IMG/VR virus record: IMGVR_UViG_3300030098_001779
Location: 1 to 64,000 of that record
Direction: 5' to 3' (one strand)
Length of the DNA: 64,000 nt
Source of the DNA: a virus
This document shows, piece by piece, positions 47,381 to 57,371 of this stretch. Below the pieces are notes generated by a model. It had not been told where the DNA came from and made no database searches. It was given only the letters and a program-made list of their open reading frames with translations. The stretch's first letter is position 1. Every line of letters begins with the position of its first letter. The position numbers were made by a program, and so were the translations under genes.

Positions 47381-47603
47381 AAAAGGGGGGTTGACACGGA
47401 CCCACACAAAAGTGTATAATAATAATATAAATAATATATATAGAGTTATAAGTATACATAACAAAACTAAACATATAACTATTATTGGAACATATGATTG
47501 TATTAATGCAGCTAAATTAATGGCAGATGATCTAGCTAATAAAGATGTTAAGTGTTATGTACATGGAGATGATAGTAGAGTTTTACACATAGCAGGAGAG
47601 TAG
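47367..47603 (+). CDS. Hypothetical protein (start uncertain)
   Basis: Contains promoter TTGACA 47391-N18-TATAAT. Confidence 0.5.
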   Translation: MKRSRKGGLTRTHTKVYNNNINNIYRVISIHNKTKHITIIGTYDCINAAKLMADDLANKDVKCYVHGDDSRVLHIAGE

Positions 47604-47604
47604 A

Positions 47605-48858
47605 ATGGAAAGTTATGAATACATAGAGTCTGGGATATTACTTAACTTAAATGATAAGGAATCTCTCAAAAAATTTAAACACTCAGCAAAAGATTTTGCT
47701 AAACACGGGGAAGCATTTAAATTCATAAATAAACATTTTGATGATTATGGTACATTTCCATCATCAGATACTTTAGTAGAAAATTATCCTACAATAGATA
47801 TTACTGCTAACAGTCTTAACTTAGATTATGCAATAGATTCTTTCAAGAACCAAGTATTATTTAGGACTATTGTGTCAGCATTTCAATCCAACAAAGAGTT
47901 ATTGAAAGAAGATGCTAAAAAAGCCTTATCACATATACAATCTAACTTAAATGATATTGAAGTTGTATATGATGAAGATGTAGTAGCCTATGATACTTTG
48001 GCAGAAGATAGATATTCAGAATGGCAAGAAAAAAGTAAGAAGAGAAAAATGGGAGAAGGTATGATGGGTATTCCTACTCCTTTCAAGTCACTAAATAAAA
48101 CAGGGGTTGGATGGATGCCGGGAGAACTTATAGCAATGTTTGCAAGACCTACAGTAGGTAAGACATGGATGTGTATCCAAGTTGCTGCAACTGCAATGAT
48201 GCATGGACATAAGACATTGTTAATCTCTACTGAGATGCCTACAAGTGCTATTAGTTTAAGAGCTGATGTAGTGTTAGCTAAGATGATGGGATATAATTTC
48301 TCACACTCTGCTCTTAGAACAGGTAGACCGATAGACGAAGATAAATATAAAGAGTTTTTACAAAAACTAAATGGTAGACCACTATTAATATGTGATCACA
48401 TACAAGGAGAAAGTAGCATCTCACTAGAAAGTATTGCTAGTTTGATTAGAAAACACTCTCCTGAGTTGGTTGTATTAGATGGTATATACTTAGTTTCATC
48501 AGGCGATGGTAGAAAAGCAATGTGGGAGCAATCTCATTCATTGTTTTATGGTATGAAAACTCTAGCTCTTAGCACTAATACTCCTGTATTCGTATCAACA
48601 CAAGCGACTAGGGAAGCTGCAAATATGTTTGAGCCACCTAGAGCAGATCAAGTAGCCTTTGGAGATGCGTTAATTCGTTCTGCAGATGTTGCTATGGCAA
48701 TGTGTAGAGTAGAGGATGAAGAAGATAAGAGATTAATTCAATACCAAAAATACAGAGATGGGGTTCTCGGATCAGATATCTCTATAATGGACTGGAAAGT
48801 CGATACAGGACATATAGAAGAGACTGAGGAAGACATTTTTAACAACGGAGACTTTTAA
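47605..48858 (+). CDS. dnaB: Replicative DnaB-like helicase
   Basis: ARPTVGKT, ISTEM, VVLDG, STQATR. Confidence 0.92.
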   Translation: MESYEYIESGILLNLNDKESLKKFKHSAKDFAKHGEAFKFINKHFDDYGTFPSSDTLVENYPTIDITANSLNLDYAIDSFKNQVLFRTIVSAFQSNKELLKEDAKKALSHIQSNLNDIEVVYDEDVVAYDTLAEDRYSEWQEKSKKRKMGEGMMGIPTPFKSLNKTGVGWMPGELIAMFARPTVGKTWMCIQVAATAMMHGHKTLLISTEMPTSAISLRADVVLAKMMGYNFSHSALRTGRPIDEDKYKEFLQKLNGRPLLICDHIQGESSISLESIASLIRKHSPELVVLDGIYLVSSGDGRKAMWEQSHSLFYGMKTLALSTNTPVFVSTQATREAANMFEPPRADQVAFGDALIRSADVAMAMCRVEDEEDKRLIQYQKYRDGVLGSDISIMDWKVDTGHIEETEEDIFNNGDF

Positions 48859-48867
48859 GGAGGCGAT

Positions 48868-49059
48868 ATGAAAGTTCTAGGAATGATCATGAAATATTAC
48901 AGTCTTTTCAATAAGTATTCAGATGTGATACCTGAAGTGGTACAACTTGTAGATACTGCAGTAAAAGCAGTAGAAGATAAGAAAATCACTAAGGCAGAAC
49001 AGAGTGCTTTGATGAAAGAGTATTGGAACGTGATTAATAAAATAAAAGAGGCTAAATAA
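48868..49059 (+). CDS. Hypothetical protein
   Basis: AGGAGG RBS. Confidence 0.7.
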   Translation: MKVLGMIMKYYSLFNKYSDVIPEVVQLVDTAVKAVEDKKITKAEQSALMKEYWNVINKIKEAK

Positions 49060-49922
49060 TGGTAAATTGGGCACAGTTACTATTAGAAAATGGAATAGAC
49101 GTACCTAGTGAGCATGAAGAATTCTCAATTAGGTGTCCTTTCCACAATGATAGTGTAGCTTCGTGTTCAATAAATACTGAGAAAGGCGTATGGATTTGTT
49201 TTGCAGGTTGTGGAGCAGGTTCATTAGAGAGTTTCTTAAAAAGATACTTAAGATCTGATGCTATTGATATAACAAAGTTATTGCTTGAAAGCCAAGCTAA
49301 CTTTAGTGTTGACATATTTGATGATCTAGAGGAGACTATCAAAGGTAGACCTGAGTATTTTATGGAAGCTGATACATCTAGATTCCCAATATGGGCATAT
49401 GATAGAGGTTTTACAGAAGAAACTTTGAAGAAGTGGGGATGTGGAAGCACAGAGTATAATGATTTAGTTATACCAATACATGATATAGATGATAGACTTG
49501 TAGGATCTGTTACTAGAAGGACAAATGCAGTCCCAAAGTATATGTATTCTAAAGGTTTACAGAAGTCTAGAGTCATGTTTGGAGCTAATAAATTAGAAGG
49601 ACATCATAAATACATTTGTATTACTGAAGGTTCTTTAGATACTATGTGGCTAACACAAAATGGATATCCAAGTGTTGCAATTTTAGGGGCAACCATGTCC
49701 AAAGCACAATTGGATATACTGCGATCATTACAAACAGAGGAATATATCTTATGTTTTGATAATGATGCAGCAGGACAAAAGGCGATATCAAGAGCAATGC
49801 TTGACATATCGACCAGTTTTATGGTATCATATATAAAGATGCCAAAGAAATATAAGGATGTACAAGATGTACGTTCCGAGGCATTACTCAAAGAAGTAAT
49901 AGCAAAACGACATTATTGGTAA
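49059..49922 (+). CDS. dnaG: DNA primase (CHC2 Zn finger plus TOPRIM)
   Basis: CPFHND...CFAGC; TEGSLD; FDNDAAG. Confidence 0.92.
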   Translation: MVNWAQLLLENGIDVPSEHEEFSIRCPFHNDSVASCSINTEKGVWICFAGCGAGSLESFLKRYLRSDAIDITKLLLESQANFSVDIFDDLEETIKGRPEYFMEADTSRFPIWAYDRGFTEETLKKWGCGSTEYNDLVIPIHDIDDRLVGSVTRRTNAVPKYMYSKGLQKSRVMFGANKLEGHHKYICITEGSLDTMWLTQNGYPSVAILGATMSKAQLDILRSLQTEEYILCFDNDAAGQKAISRAMLDISTSFMVSYIKMPKKYKDVQDVRSEALLKEVIAKRHYW

Positions 49923-49935
49923 AGGAGGATTTACT

Positions 49936-50622
49936 ATGTCAGGAATAGCAAAAATTTTGCAAAAACGTGAAGCACTACTAAATCCATCAGAAAATCAATC
50001 TCTAGGAAAAGAGATTTGGTTCAAAGATGGAGATCAAGCATTTCTTACTCCAATTGCTTCAGGAGAAGAAGGGGATGCACTATTAGATGAAATCTATCTG
50101 TATACATACAGGTCAGGAAACCGATGGATTAACTTACTATCAGATGATTCAGTAGACACAAGCTCTGTACCATCTGATTCTAGACCATCACACAAGTTTG
50201 CTTTTTGGGCATATGTCCATGAAATCTATCACTCTGAAAAGAAAATGGATGATTGGGAGGAAATAGAAGGTCCAGCAGGCAAGAAAATGTATAAGCAAAC
50301 TGTTAACGATTTCAAAGTTGTACCTTTAGGCTTCGGAAGAAGTGACTACATTTGGAACCAACTTGTAGATGTCTACAATGATTGGGGTAAATTAGACAAA
50401 GGTGTAATTAGAATTAAAAGAACAGGTGCAGGTATGTATGACACCTCATACACTATCGCAGCTACAACTAGAGATACAGTTGTACCTGAAGATAGAAAAG
50501 CTGAAATTAGCGAATTACCATCTATCAAAGATTACTACATGGATAGATATGGTAACGCACCTGAAGGCGATAACGAAGTTGCTACATTTAGCACTGATGA
50601 TACAGAGGATGACTTATTTTAA
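49936..50622 (+). CDS. Single-stranded DNA-binding protein
   Basis: IKRTGAGMYDTSY motif; acidic tail ending DDLF; replisome position. Confidence 0.7.
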   Translation: MSGIAKILQKREALLNPSENQSLGKEIWFKDGDQAFLTPIASGEEGDALLDEIYLYTYRSGNRWINLLSDDSVDTSSVPSDSRPSHKFAFWAYVHEIYHSEKKMDDWEEIEGPAGKKMYKQTVNDFKVVPLGFGRSDYIWNQLVDVYNDWGKLDKGVIRIKRTGAGMYDTSYTIAATTRDTVVPEDRKAEISELPSIKDYYMDRYGNAPEGDNEVATFSTDDTEDDLF

Positions 50623-52593
50623 ATGATAATCAAAGATCAAAATACATTTAATGAGATACTTCCTACGCTGGATAATCATTCAGTTGTGGTGGATGTAGAG
50701 ACAAATGGTTTTGATTCCTATGGTATACATCAAATATGTGGAATCGGAATCGGATTTGGTAACAACTCAGACTCGTACTACTTCCCTTTCCGACACCAGC
50801 ATGTAGGAACTAACCTTCCTAGCGAGTGTTTGGCAGCCTTAATTGCGTGGCTCAATAAATCCAAACACCTTGTTGGTTATAATATCAAATTTGATCTCCG
50901 ATTCCTCGAGAAAGAAGGTTTAGTGGTAAAAGATAAAGAATTAGTAGATGTACTTACTATGGTAAGGCTAACAGAACCATCTACTGTTAAAGATCTAGAT
51001 CTTACTAACACTATAAAAAGAAGCTATGGAGAAAGTCATGCTAGTTATGATATAGAAACTAAGAAACTCTTAAGGTCTAATAAGTGGCATAAGGACTTCT
51101 CTATGGCTCCTGTAGACGTTTTAGGACCTTACTGTGAGAAAGATGTCATCTATACAGCTAAACTGTACAATGACAGGGCGAAATTGATTAAAGAATCAAA
51201 TCAAAATGACATTTGGAAGATGCAGATACAATTAACTAAGGTATTATATGCTATGGAAGGGCGTGGCATAAAGATAAATAACACTTATGTTAAAGAAACT
51301 ATGACTCAAATAGAAGATCGGAAGTCTGAGATAGAAAGTAGAGTCATAAATCTTGCAGGTAAGGAATTTAATCTGAATAGTACGCAACAATTAGGCGAGA
51401 TACTCAACGAAAGAGGTATAACATCGCCTGAGAAGACTGCAAAAGGGCAACAATCATGGAATGAGGCAGCGTTAGTACAAATAAATGATCCTATCGCAGG
51501 ATATGTAAGACAATATAGAGCTTTAGAGAAGTTAAGGTCTACATATTTAGAGCCTTTTCTAGAATTAGATGAATTACATACTACTTTTTGCAATTGGGGT
51601 ACATTGACAGGCAGATTGTCGTCTAGAAATCCTAATTTACAGAATATTCCTAGAAATCATTTCAATTTAGTTGACAAACAGCTATCTGAAGCCGATAAAC
51701 AGGAGCTAAAGGGTAGAATTAACGCTACACTAGCAGCGAAAGGGCAAACAAGTAGAGTAGAAGGACTAAGTGATGAGGTGTTAAACACTTGGACATTCGT
51801 TGGGAACGAATCTTTTGATAAATCTCAAGAGGGACAGATAGCAATTAGAAATATATTTGTACCTAGAGAAGATTATTCACTTATATCTTTTGACTATTCA
51901 CAAATGGAAGTTAGAGTATTCCTAAGCTATCTACAAAACGAAGAAGTAAATCAAATGCTTACAAAGTCTAACGTAGATTTTCATGGAGAAGCTGCAAAAC
52001 TTGCATTTAATGTTACAGAAGATGACGATACATTTAAGATGTTTAGACAAACTGCTAAAAGTATTACCTTTGGAACTATATATGGTATAGGTAATCAGAA
52101 GTTAGGTATACAATTAGGTGTACCATCACAAGAAGCGGCAGATTATAAGAAAAGATATTTTGATGGGATCAAAGGGTCTAGAGAGTTCTTCAATGCAGTA
52201 GTTAGAAAAGTAGAATTATTAGGACAGATTAAAAATAAATATGGTAGAGTATATAAAATACCTAAGAATTTAGGTTACAAAGGTATAAATTATCTAGTAC
52301 AAGGCACAAGTGCTGATATTCTTAACGAAAGAATGATAGAAGTACATGGTTTATTAGAAAATTTTAAGAGTAATCTATTATTACAAGTGCATGATGAAAT
52401 AATATGTGAGATACATAAGGATGAAATAGAGCTATTACCAAACTTAATTAGAGATGTGTTAGTAGAGAATACTCTACGCATACCTTTAGAAGTTGACATA
52501 GAGTTATGTGAGCCATCATGGGCAGTAAAGAAAGATTATGCATATACATTATATCATGAAAAAGAATTAGTAAATAGTATAGATTGGAGCTAA
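50623..52593 (+). CDS. polA: DNA polymerase family A (3'-5' exo plus polymerase)
   Basis: DVET, YNIKFD, TGRLSS.NPNLQNIP, DYSQMEVR, AKSITFGTIYG, QVHDE. Confidence 0.95.
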   Translation: MIIKDQNTFNEILPTLDNHSVVVDVETNGFDSYGIHQICGIGIGFGNNSDSYYFPFRHQHVGTNLPSECLAALIAWLNKSKHLVGYNIKFDLRFLEKEGLVVKDKELVDVLTMVRLTEPSTVKDLDLTNTIKRSYGESHASYDIETKKLLRSNKWHKDFSMAPVDVLGPYCEKDVIYTAKLYNDRAKLIKESNQNDIWKMQIQLTKVLYAMEGRGIKINNTYVKETMTQIEDRKSEIESRVINLAGKEFNLNSTQQLGEILNERGITSPEKTAKGQQSWNEAALVQINDPIAGYVRQYRALEKLRSTYLEPFLELDELHTTFCNWGTLTGRLSSRNPNLQNIPRNHFNLVDKQLSEADKQELKGRINATLAAKGQTSRVEGLSDEVLNTWTFVGNESFDKSQEGQIAIRNIFVPREDYSLISFDYSQMEVRVFLSYLQNEEVNQMLTKSNVDFHGEAAKLAFNVTEDDDTFKMFRQTAKSITFGTIYGIGNQKLGIQLGVPSQEAADYKKRYFDGIKGSREFFNAVVRKVELLGQIKNKYGRVYKIPKNLGYKGINYLVQGTSADILNERMIEVHGLLENFKSNLLLQVHDEIICEIHKDEIELLPNLIRDVLVENTLRIPLEVDIELCEPSWAVKKDYAYTLYHEKELVNSIDWS

Positions 52594-52594
52594 C

Positions 52595-52771
52595 ATGGAT
52601 GTTAAATTAAAGAAAGGCGAAACATTTGAAAAGATGTTAAGACGCTTTAGTAAGAAAGTACAAAAAGATGAGTTGATAGATACTTATAGGAAGAAGCAAG
52701 TCTTTGAACCTAAAAGTATAAAGCGACAACAACAAAAAGCAAACAAATTAAGAAAAAGTAGGGAATCATGA
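52595..52771 (+). CDS. rpsU: Ribosomal protein bS21 (58 aa, not in ORF track)
   Basis: MDVKLKKGETFEKMLRRFSKKVQKDELIDTYRKKQVFEPKSIKRQQQKANKLRKSRES matches the bS21 pattern. Confidence 0.85.
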   Translation: MDVKLKKGETFEKMLRRFSKKVQKDELIDTYRKKQVFEPKSIKRQQQKANKLRKSRES

Positions 52772-53091
52772 ATCTACACGATAAATTAACTGAATACTTA
52801 GAGCCGAGTGAAGAATCGGTTATGTTATATGATGAGTATGAAGATGCTTTTATTGGACTAGGATATAAACAATTTAGAGGTCCAGTAGCAGTTTATGATG
52901 CATCAAAGTGCATAGACATACTAACAGAACAATTTAAAGAAGATCCTGATTACGATGGAGATGAAATGGATGCTTTAGAAATGGCAGTGGAGTATTTTGA
53001 TTACAATACAATGGGTGCGTGGTATGGAGAAGATACACCAGTCTTTGTAACAGCTACTTTAGAAGAAATAGAAAATAACGTAGGAGAATAA
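52768..53091 (+). CDS. Conserved phage hypothetical protein
   Basis: DAFIG...AVYD..KCI...EYFDYN..GAWYGE.TP. Confidence 0.75.
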   Translation: MNLHDKLTEYLEPSEESVMLYDEYEDAFIGLGYKQFRGPVAVYDASKCIDILTEQFKEDPDYDGDEMDALEMAVEYFDYNTMGAWYGEDTPVFVTATLEEIENNVGE

Positions 53092-53092
53092 T

Positions 53093-53473
53093 ATGACAGC
53101 AGGATGGATAAACCCAAAAGCTCCTTATGATTTTACACAAGGAGAATGGGAAGATTATAAGAAGAACTACCCAAATTTATCTTGGGGAGAATATAAACAA
53201 ATGAAAGAATGGGATGTAGAAAACAGAATGGCAAAAGTGCCTAATAAAAAATATAGCTTTATAGAAGCATACAATAATCCAATTGATCCTGACCATTACT
53301 ATTTTGAAATAGAACCATGGGACTTTATACATGCAAATAAACTTGACTTTGCACAGGGTAATGTGATAAAATATATATGTAGGTATAAAAATAAGAATGG
53401 TATTGAAGACCTCAAGAAAGCAAAACAATATATAGAAATGTTAATTGAGAAGGAGCTAAATGGCAAGACGTAA
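53093..53473 (+). CDS. DUF3310-domain protein
   Basis: PDHY..IEPWDFI..F.QGNVIKY..R..KNGIEDLKKA..Y. Confidence 0.85.
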   Translation: MTAGWINPKAPYDFTQGEWEDYKKNYPNLSWGEYKQMKEWDVENRMAKVPNKKYSFIEAYNNPIDPDHYYFEIEPWDFIHANKLDFAQGNVIKYICRYKNKNGIEDLKKAKQYIEMLIEKELNGKT

Positions 53474-53597
53474 TTGGAGAAAATGCTACGACTGTGGCAT
53501 AAAGATAAATGTAAAGAAACAAGCAAAGTCTGGACACGATTATGATTGTACAGCTTGCTACTTAAAAGAGAGAAGGAGAGCTAGAAGAGATGGCTAA
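53460..53597 (+). CDS. Small Zn-finger protein (45 aa, not in ORF track)
   Basis: MARRNWRKCYDC...CTAC; AGGAG RBS. Confidence 0.65.
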   Translation: MARRNWRKCYDCGIKINVKKQAKSGHDYDCTACYLKERRRARRDG

Positions 53598-53811
53598 AAT
53601 AGGCGTAAAATTAGGATTCACTTATAGAGTAGGAGACCTAAACAACAATCAATATGGAAGAATAGATCTAGATATACATGATATAGACACTGATCTTCCT
53701 TTAGATGAACAACTCACTAAATCAAAAGAATATGCTGATAAGATATTTGAATCTGTAAAAGATCAAGTAGATACAAACTTAGATAAGATTTTGGAGGAAA
53801 CTAATGAGTGA
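53590..53811 (+). CDS. Hypothetical protein
   Basis: 73 aa in operon. Confidence 0.7.
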   Translation: MAKIGVKLGFTYRVGDLNNNQYGRIDLDIHDIDTDLPLDEQLTKSKEYADKIFESVKDQVDTNLDKILEETNE

Positions 53812-54052
53812 GATGACTAGAGCACAAGTTTTAGAAGATGTTCTAAAAGAACGAGAAAGACAGGACTCCATGTATGGCGACCAGACTAAACATTCAGATA
53901 TGTATTGGAATGTGATTGCCACAGAAGAAAATGGAGAGGTAGCTAGAGCAATATGGGAAGAAGATGATGGACACATGTATGAAGAAATTATACAAGCATG
54001 TTCTGTTTACTTTGCATGGGCAGAAGCTATAAGAGCTAGAGGTGATAAATGA
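53804..54052 (+). CDS. MazG-like NTP pyrophosphohydrolase
   Basis: ERERQD...EENGEV...EEIIQ. Confidence 0.7.
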   Translation: MSEMTRAQVLEDVLKERERQDSMYGDQTKHSDMYWNVIATEENGEVARAIWEEDDGHMYEEIIQACSVYFAWAEAIRARGDK

Positions 54053-54990
54053 AAGATACAGCAGAAAAAGCAATACAAGATTTACTAAAAGACAAGAATC
54101 TTAACTTAACTATGGGCGACAGTAACGTATTTGACTATGGTAGAATACCTTTTGGTATACCAGCATTAGATACTTTAACAGGTGGTGGCATACCAAAGAA
54201 AAGAATGACCTTAATATATGGTCCGACTAACGTAGGTAAGTCATACTTATCATCTCAGATAGTTGCACAAGTACAGAAACAAGGTGGTAGAGCAGCTTGG
54301 ATAGATACAGAACTATCATGGGATGCTGATTGGATGGCTAAATGTGGTATAGATGCAAGTAAAGTAGTAGTAGGGCAACCATCAAGTGGTGAACAAGCTA
54401 TGGATTCTATAAAAGCATTAGCTACATCAGGTGAGTTTGATGTAATTGTATTAGATAGTATAGCAGGTTTAGTTCCTGCTCAGAATATGGATGAAGACTT
54501 TTCGTTTAGTCCTATGGCATGGCAAGCGAGATTTGTTAACTCATCATTACCAAGACTATTACCTAGTCTCCACAATGGTACAGCTTTAGTATGCATCAAT
54601 CAAGTAAGAGCTAGTATGGGACCTGTCGCATTAGAAAACATGCCGGGTGGTAAAGCTCAAACTTACTTTGCTCATTTCTTACTAGAAGTTAGAAGAAACG
54701 GGTGGATTGAAGAATCTGGTGAGAAAGTTGGCTTTGATATGCAAGTAAGACTAAGAAAGACTAAAGTAGGTGGACAAAACTGGAAGTCTGCTGCAGTTCC
54801 TTTCAGAGTTGATGGTGGTATAGATATACTAGAAAGCTACATAAGAGAAGCTATTGAACAAGGATTCATCAAAAAGGCAGGAGCATGGTATACATATGAA
54901 GATGTCAAAGCTCAAGGTATGAATGGTCTTAAACAGATCTTTATAGATACACCTGAGTTAGAGGAGCAACTTATAAATGACATTTCCTAG
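54049..54990 (+). CDS. recA: RecA/UvsX-like recombinase
   Basis: GGGIP, GPTNVGKS, IDTE, VLDSIA, INQVR, KAGAWY. Confidence 0.92.
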   Translation: MKDTAEKAIQDLLKDKNLNLTMGDSNVFDYGRIPFGIPALDTLTGGGIPKKRMTLIYGPTNVGKSYLSSQIVAQVQKQGGRAAWIDTELSWDADWMAKCGIDASKVVVGQPSSGEQAMDSIKALATSGEFDVIVLDSIAGLVPAQNMDEDFSFSPMAWQARFVNSSLPRLLPSLHNGTALVCINQVRASMGPVALENMPGGKAQTYFAHFLLEVRRNGWIEESGEKVGFDMQVRLRKTKVGGQNWKSAAVPFRVDGGIDILESYIREAIEQGFIKKAGAWYTYEDVKAQGMNGLKQIFIDTPELEEQLINDIS

Positions 54991-55285
54991 AGATTATACT
55001 GAACAAGAAATGAAGGTAGCAGAAGTTCTAGATACAACAGGACTCAGATATGAAACTCAAGCTCCATTTGGTAAATATACTGTAGACTTCTATATAGCAG
55101 AAATAGATACAGTTGTTGAAGCAGATGGAGTCATGGGGCATTTAAGAAAAAAAGATAGGCAAAGAGATGCTGATTTAAAAGAAATGGGTGTAGAACATAT
55201 TATTCATATTAGGTCAACTACTAAAAGTAATATCAAGGAGGAAGTATGGCAGGCATTAAACAGCTTGGAAAAAAAGCAAACGTAA
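54977..55285 (+). CDS. DUF559/Vsr-like endonuclease
   Basis: Q..GKYTVDFY...VVEADG..H...DRQRD..L. Confidence 0.8.
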   Translation: MTFPRDYTEQEMKVAEVLDTTGLRYETQAPFGKYTVDFYIAEIDTVVEADGVMGHLRKKDRQRDADLKEMGVEHIIHIRSTTKSNIKEEVWQALNSLEKKQT

Positions 55286-55923
55286 GAGGTGTACAAGATA
55301 GATGGTTATTAAAAGCTATAGATCAACATCTTACTAAAAAGCAAAGTCCTCCAAGAAAAGGTGTATTCTTTCCATCATCGGTTTCCAATCCTTGTGATAG
55401 ATTTGTCTTCATGGCATATAATGGACTATTAGAATCTTCTACAATAGATGGTACTTTGGCTAGAATATTCGATAATGGTGGATTCCTAGAGGACCGAATA
55501 AATAAATACTTTACAAATATGGGTATATTAGAAGGTAGAGAAATATCTTTGAAAAGCACTATGCCACCAATATCAGGTCGTATGGACTTTTTAATTAGAC
55601 ATGAAAAATATGGGCAAGTGCCTGTAGAATTAAAGTCTATAAATGCTAGAGGCTTTGAGAGTTTAAAAGAAGCTAAACCTGAGCATGTTTTACAATTACA
55701 TACTTACATGAACTTATGGAATGATAATAACAAATCAACACCTGTAACACATGGAATTGTATTGTATGAAAATAAAAATGATCAGAAACTAAAAGCATTT
55801 TTAGAAGAACTTAGTCCCAAAATTTGGGATGATATATTAACTAGACTACTTAATATAATGGGCATGGCGACCATACCTGAGAAATGTACAGGAAATAAGT
55901 GGTGTAAATGTAAGGAGGTTTAA
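55246..55923 (+). CDS. Cas4-like PD-(D/E)XK exonuclease
   Basis: N-terminal C; GRMD...ELKS...QLHTY; C-terminal C..C..C. Confidence 0.8.
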   Translation: MAGIKQLGKKANVRGVQDRWLLKAIDQHLTKKQSPPRKGVFFPSSVSNPCDRFVFMAYNGLLESSTIDGTLARIFDNGGFLEDRINKYFTNMGILEGREISLKSTMPPISGRMDFLIRHEKYGQVPVELKSINARGFESLKEAKPEHVLQLHTYMNLWNDNNKSTPVTHGIVLYENKNDQKLKAFLEELSPKIWDDILTRLLNIMGMATIPEKCTGNKWCKCKEV

Positions 55924-56420
55924 TGGAAGACGAGAAATGGACTCCAATAAAAGCTCTAGGAAGAGCTAGAAAATCGATTAGTGAATTAGCTATTAATGAA
56001 TTAGTGATTGACAAATCTGATAAACCTGAATTAATGTTTTCACAAGTATACAACGCTAACAATGAAAAGTTAGAAGAATTTTTAGTGATGTATAGTGGAT
56101 ATAAAGCATACTTAGAAACGGAGATTGCAAAAAGAGAATCAGAAAGAAATGCTTTAGAAGCAGCTTTTGAAGAAGGTTACTCTAAAGCAATGTATACTTT
56201 GTATCAAGAAAGAGAAAACGAAGGTAAAAAGAAACCTGTAAAGGATGAAATTAGAGGTGAGATCTTTAGTAAATATCCGGGACTTGAAAACAGGAGAAAA
56301 GAAATAATAGAGAAAGAGATAGCTGTAAAAGAACTATCAGGACTATTGAACACATATACAACTGCATATAACACTATAAGTAGAATTGTAGCTCTACGAA
56401 CATATGGGGGTGAGAAATGA
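55923..56420 (+). CDS. Coiled-coil protein, possible UvsY-like recombination mediator
   Basis: Helical; located in recombination cluster. Confidence 0.5.
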   Translation: MEDEKWTPIKALGRARKSISELAINELVIDKSDKPELMFSQVYNANNEKLEEFLVMYSGYKAYLETEIAKRESERNALEAAFEEGYSKAMYTLYQERENEGKKKPVKDEIRGEIFSKYPGLENRRKEIIEKEIAVKELSGLLNTYTTAYNTISRIVALRTYGGEK

Positions 56421-56884
56421 TACTCGGATTAGACTGTTCATCAAGAGCAATACATGGTGCTGTTGTTGATGAACATGAAAACTTAGTAATGCAATTTAGG
56501 ACAGAGAAACCTGACAATAAAGCTGAATTTAATACTAGATTCTTAAATATTGTTGATAATTTTGCAAAGATATTAAGTAAAATAAATATAGAAAAGGCTT
56601 TTGTAGAAGCTGCGATTTATATACAAAACCCAAAATCCACGATTGAAATAGCTAGGGTTGTAGGTGGTGTTCAAATAACATGTCATAAAAATCGCGTACC
56701 TTGTCAATTAGTAGATAATACAAAGTGGAAAAAAGAAATAGTAGGCAAAGGCAACTGCTCTAAAACACAAATTATGGAATTTGCTGTAGATAAATGGGGA
56801 GATGTCTTTTTAGAACAAGATTATGCTGATGCAGCATGTATTGCATTATATGGATTAAAGGAGAGCAGAGATGGGGATTCCTAA
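56417..56884 (+). CDS. ruvC: RuvC-like Holliday junction resolvase
   Basis: ILGLD...FVE...WKK.IVGKGN.SK...D.ADA..IA. Confidence 0.88.
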   Translation: MILGLDCSSRAIHGAVVDEHENLVMQFRTEKPDNKAEFNTRFLNIVDNFAKILSKINIEKAFVEAAIYIQNPKSTIEIARVVGGVQITCHKNRVPCQLVDNTKWKKEIVGKGNCSKTQIMEFAVDKWGDVFLEQDYADAACIALYGLKESRDGDS

Positions 56885-57371
56885 AGGATATAAGAAAACT
56901 AGCGATGATATGAAATTTTACTATTCATCACCTAGAAAGCAAAAGAAGACTAAACCTAAAGACAGTTTACCTAAAGGTATGACTGCAAAAGAATTTAAAG
57001 AGAAATACGCCAAAGTAGTTTGGTGTGATTATTATTCTTGTATACATAATGAATCTCCTGAAGGAGCAAGTAGAAAAATAGGAACTATATTAGAAAATCC
57101 TAACTATGAACCTCTTGGAACTAAAGATGAATCTTGGAGAGGTATATGTAATAAGAAAGAAATAGGTATAAGATTCAAAACTATAACAGGATCAGGTAAC
57201 TTAAAACACAAAGTTCCAGAGTGTTTCAATGCCGCATCTAATAAAACAGGTAGAGTTGATATGAGTAAATTTTTACAAGGTGGCTCTGCAATAGGTGGTA
57301 GCATAGAATCACAAAGTGGTGATCAAGGTTATACAAACTATTCATTTGGTTCTAAATGGGAGGGTAAATAA
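56871..57371 (+). CDS. Cys-containing hypothetical protein
   Basis: 166 aa. Confidence 0.7.
   Translation: MGIPKGYKKTSDDMKFYYSSPRKQKKTKPKDSLPKGMTAKEFKEKYAKVVWCDYYSCIHNESPEGASRKIGTILENPNYEPLGTKDESWRGICNKKEIGIRFKTITGSGNLKHKVPECFNAASNKTGRVDMSKFLQGGSAIGGSIESQSGDQGYTNYSFGSKWEGK

Noticed and set aside
51652-51843. Mini-intein in PolA
   Set aside because: Too short and lacks the C/S start and HN end.
55246-55923. Cas4-like gene as evidence of a CRISPR system
   Set aside because: Solo Cas4-like nucleases are common in phage recombination clusters; no array or other cas genes.
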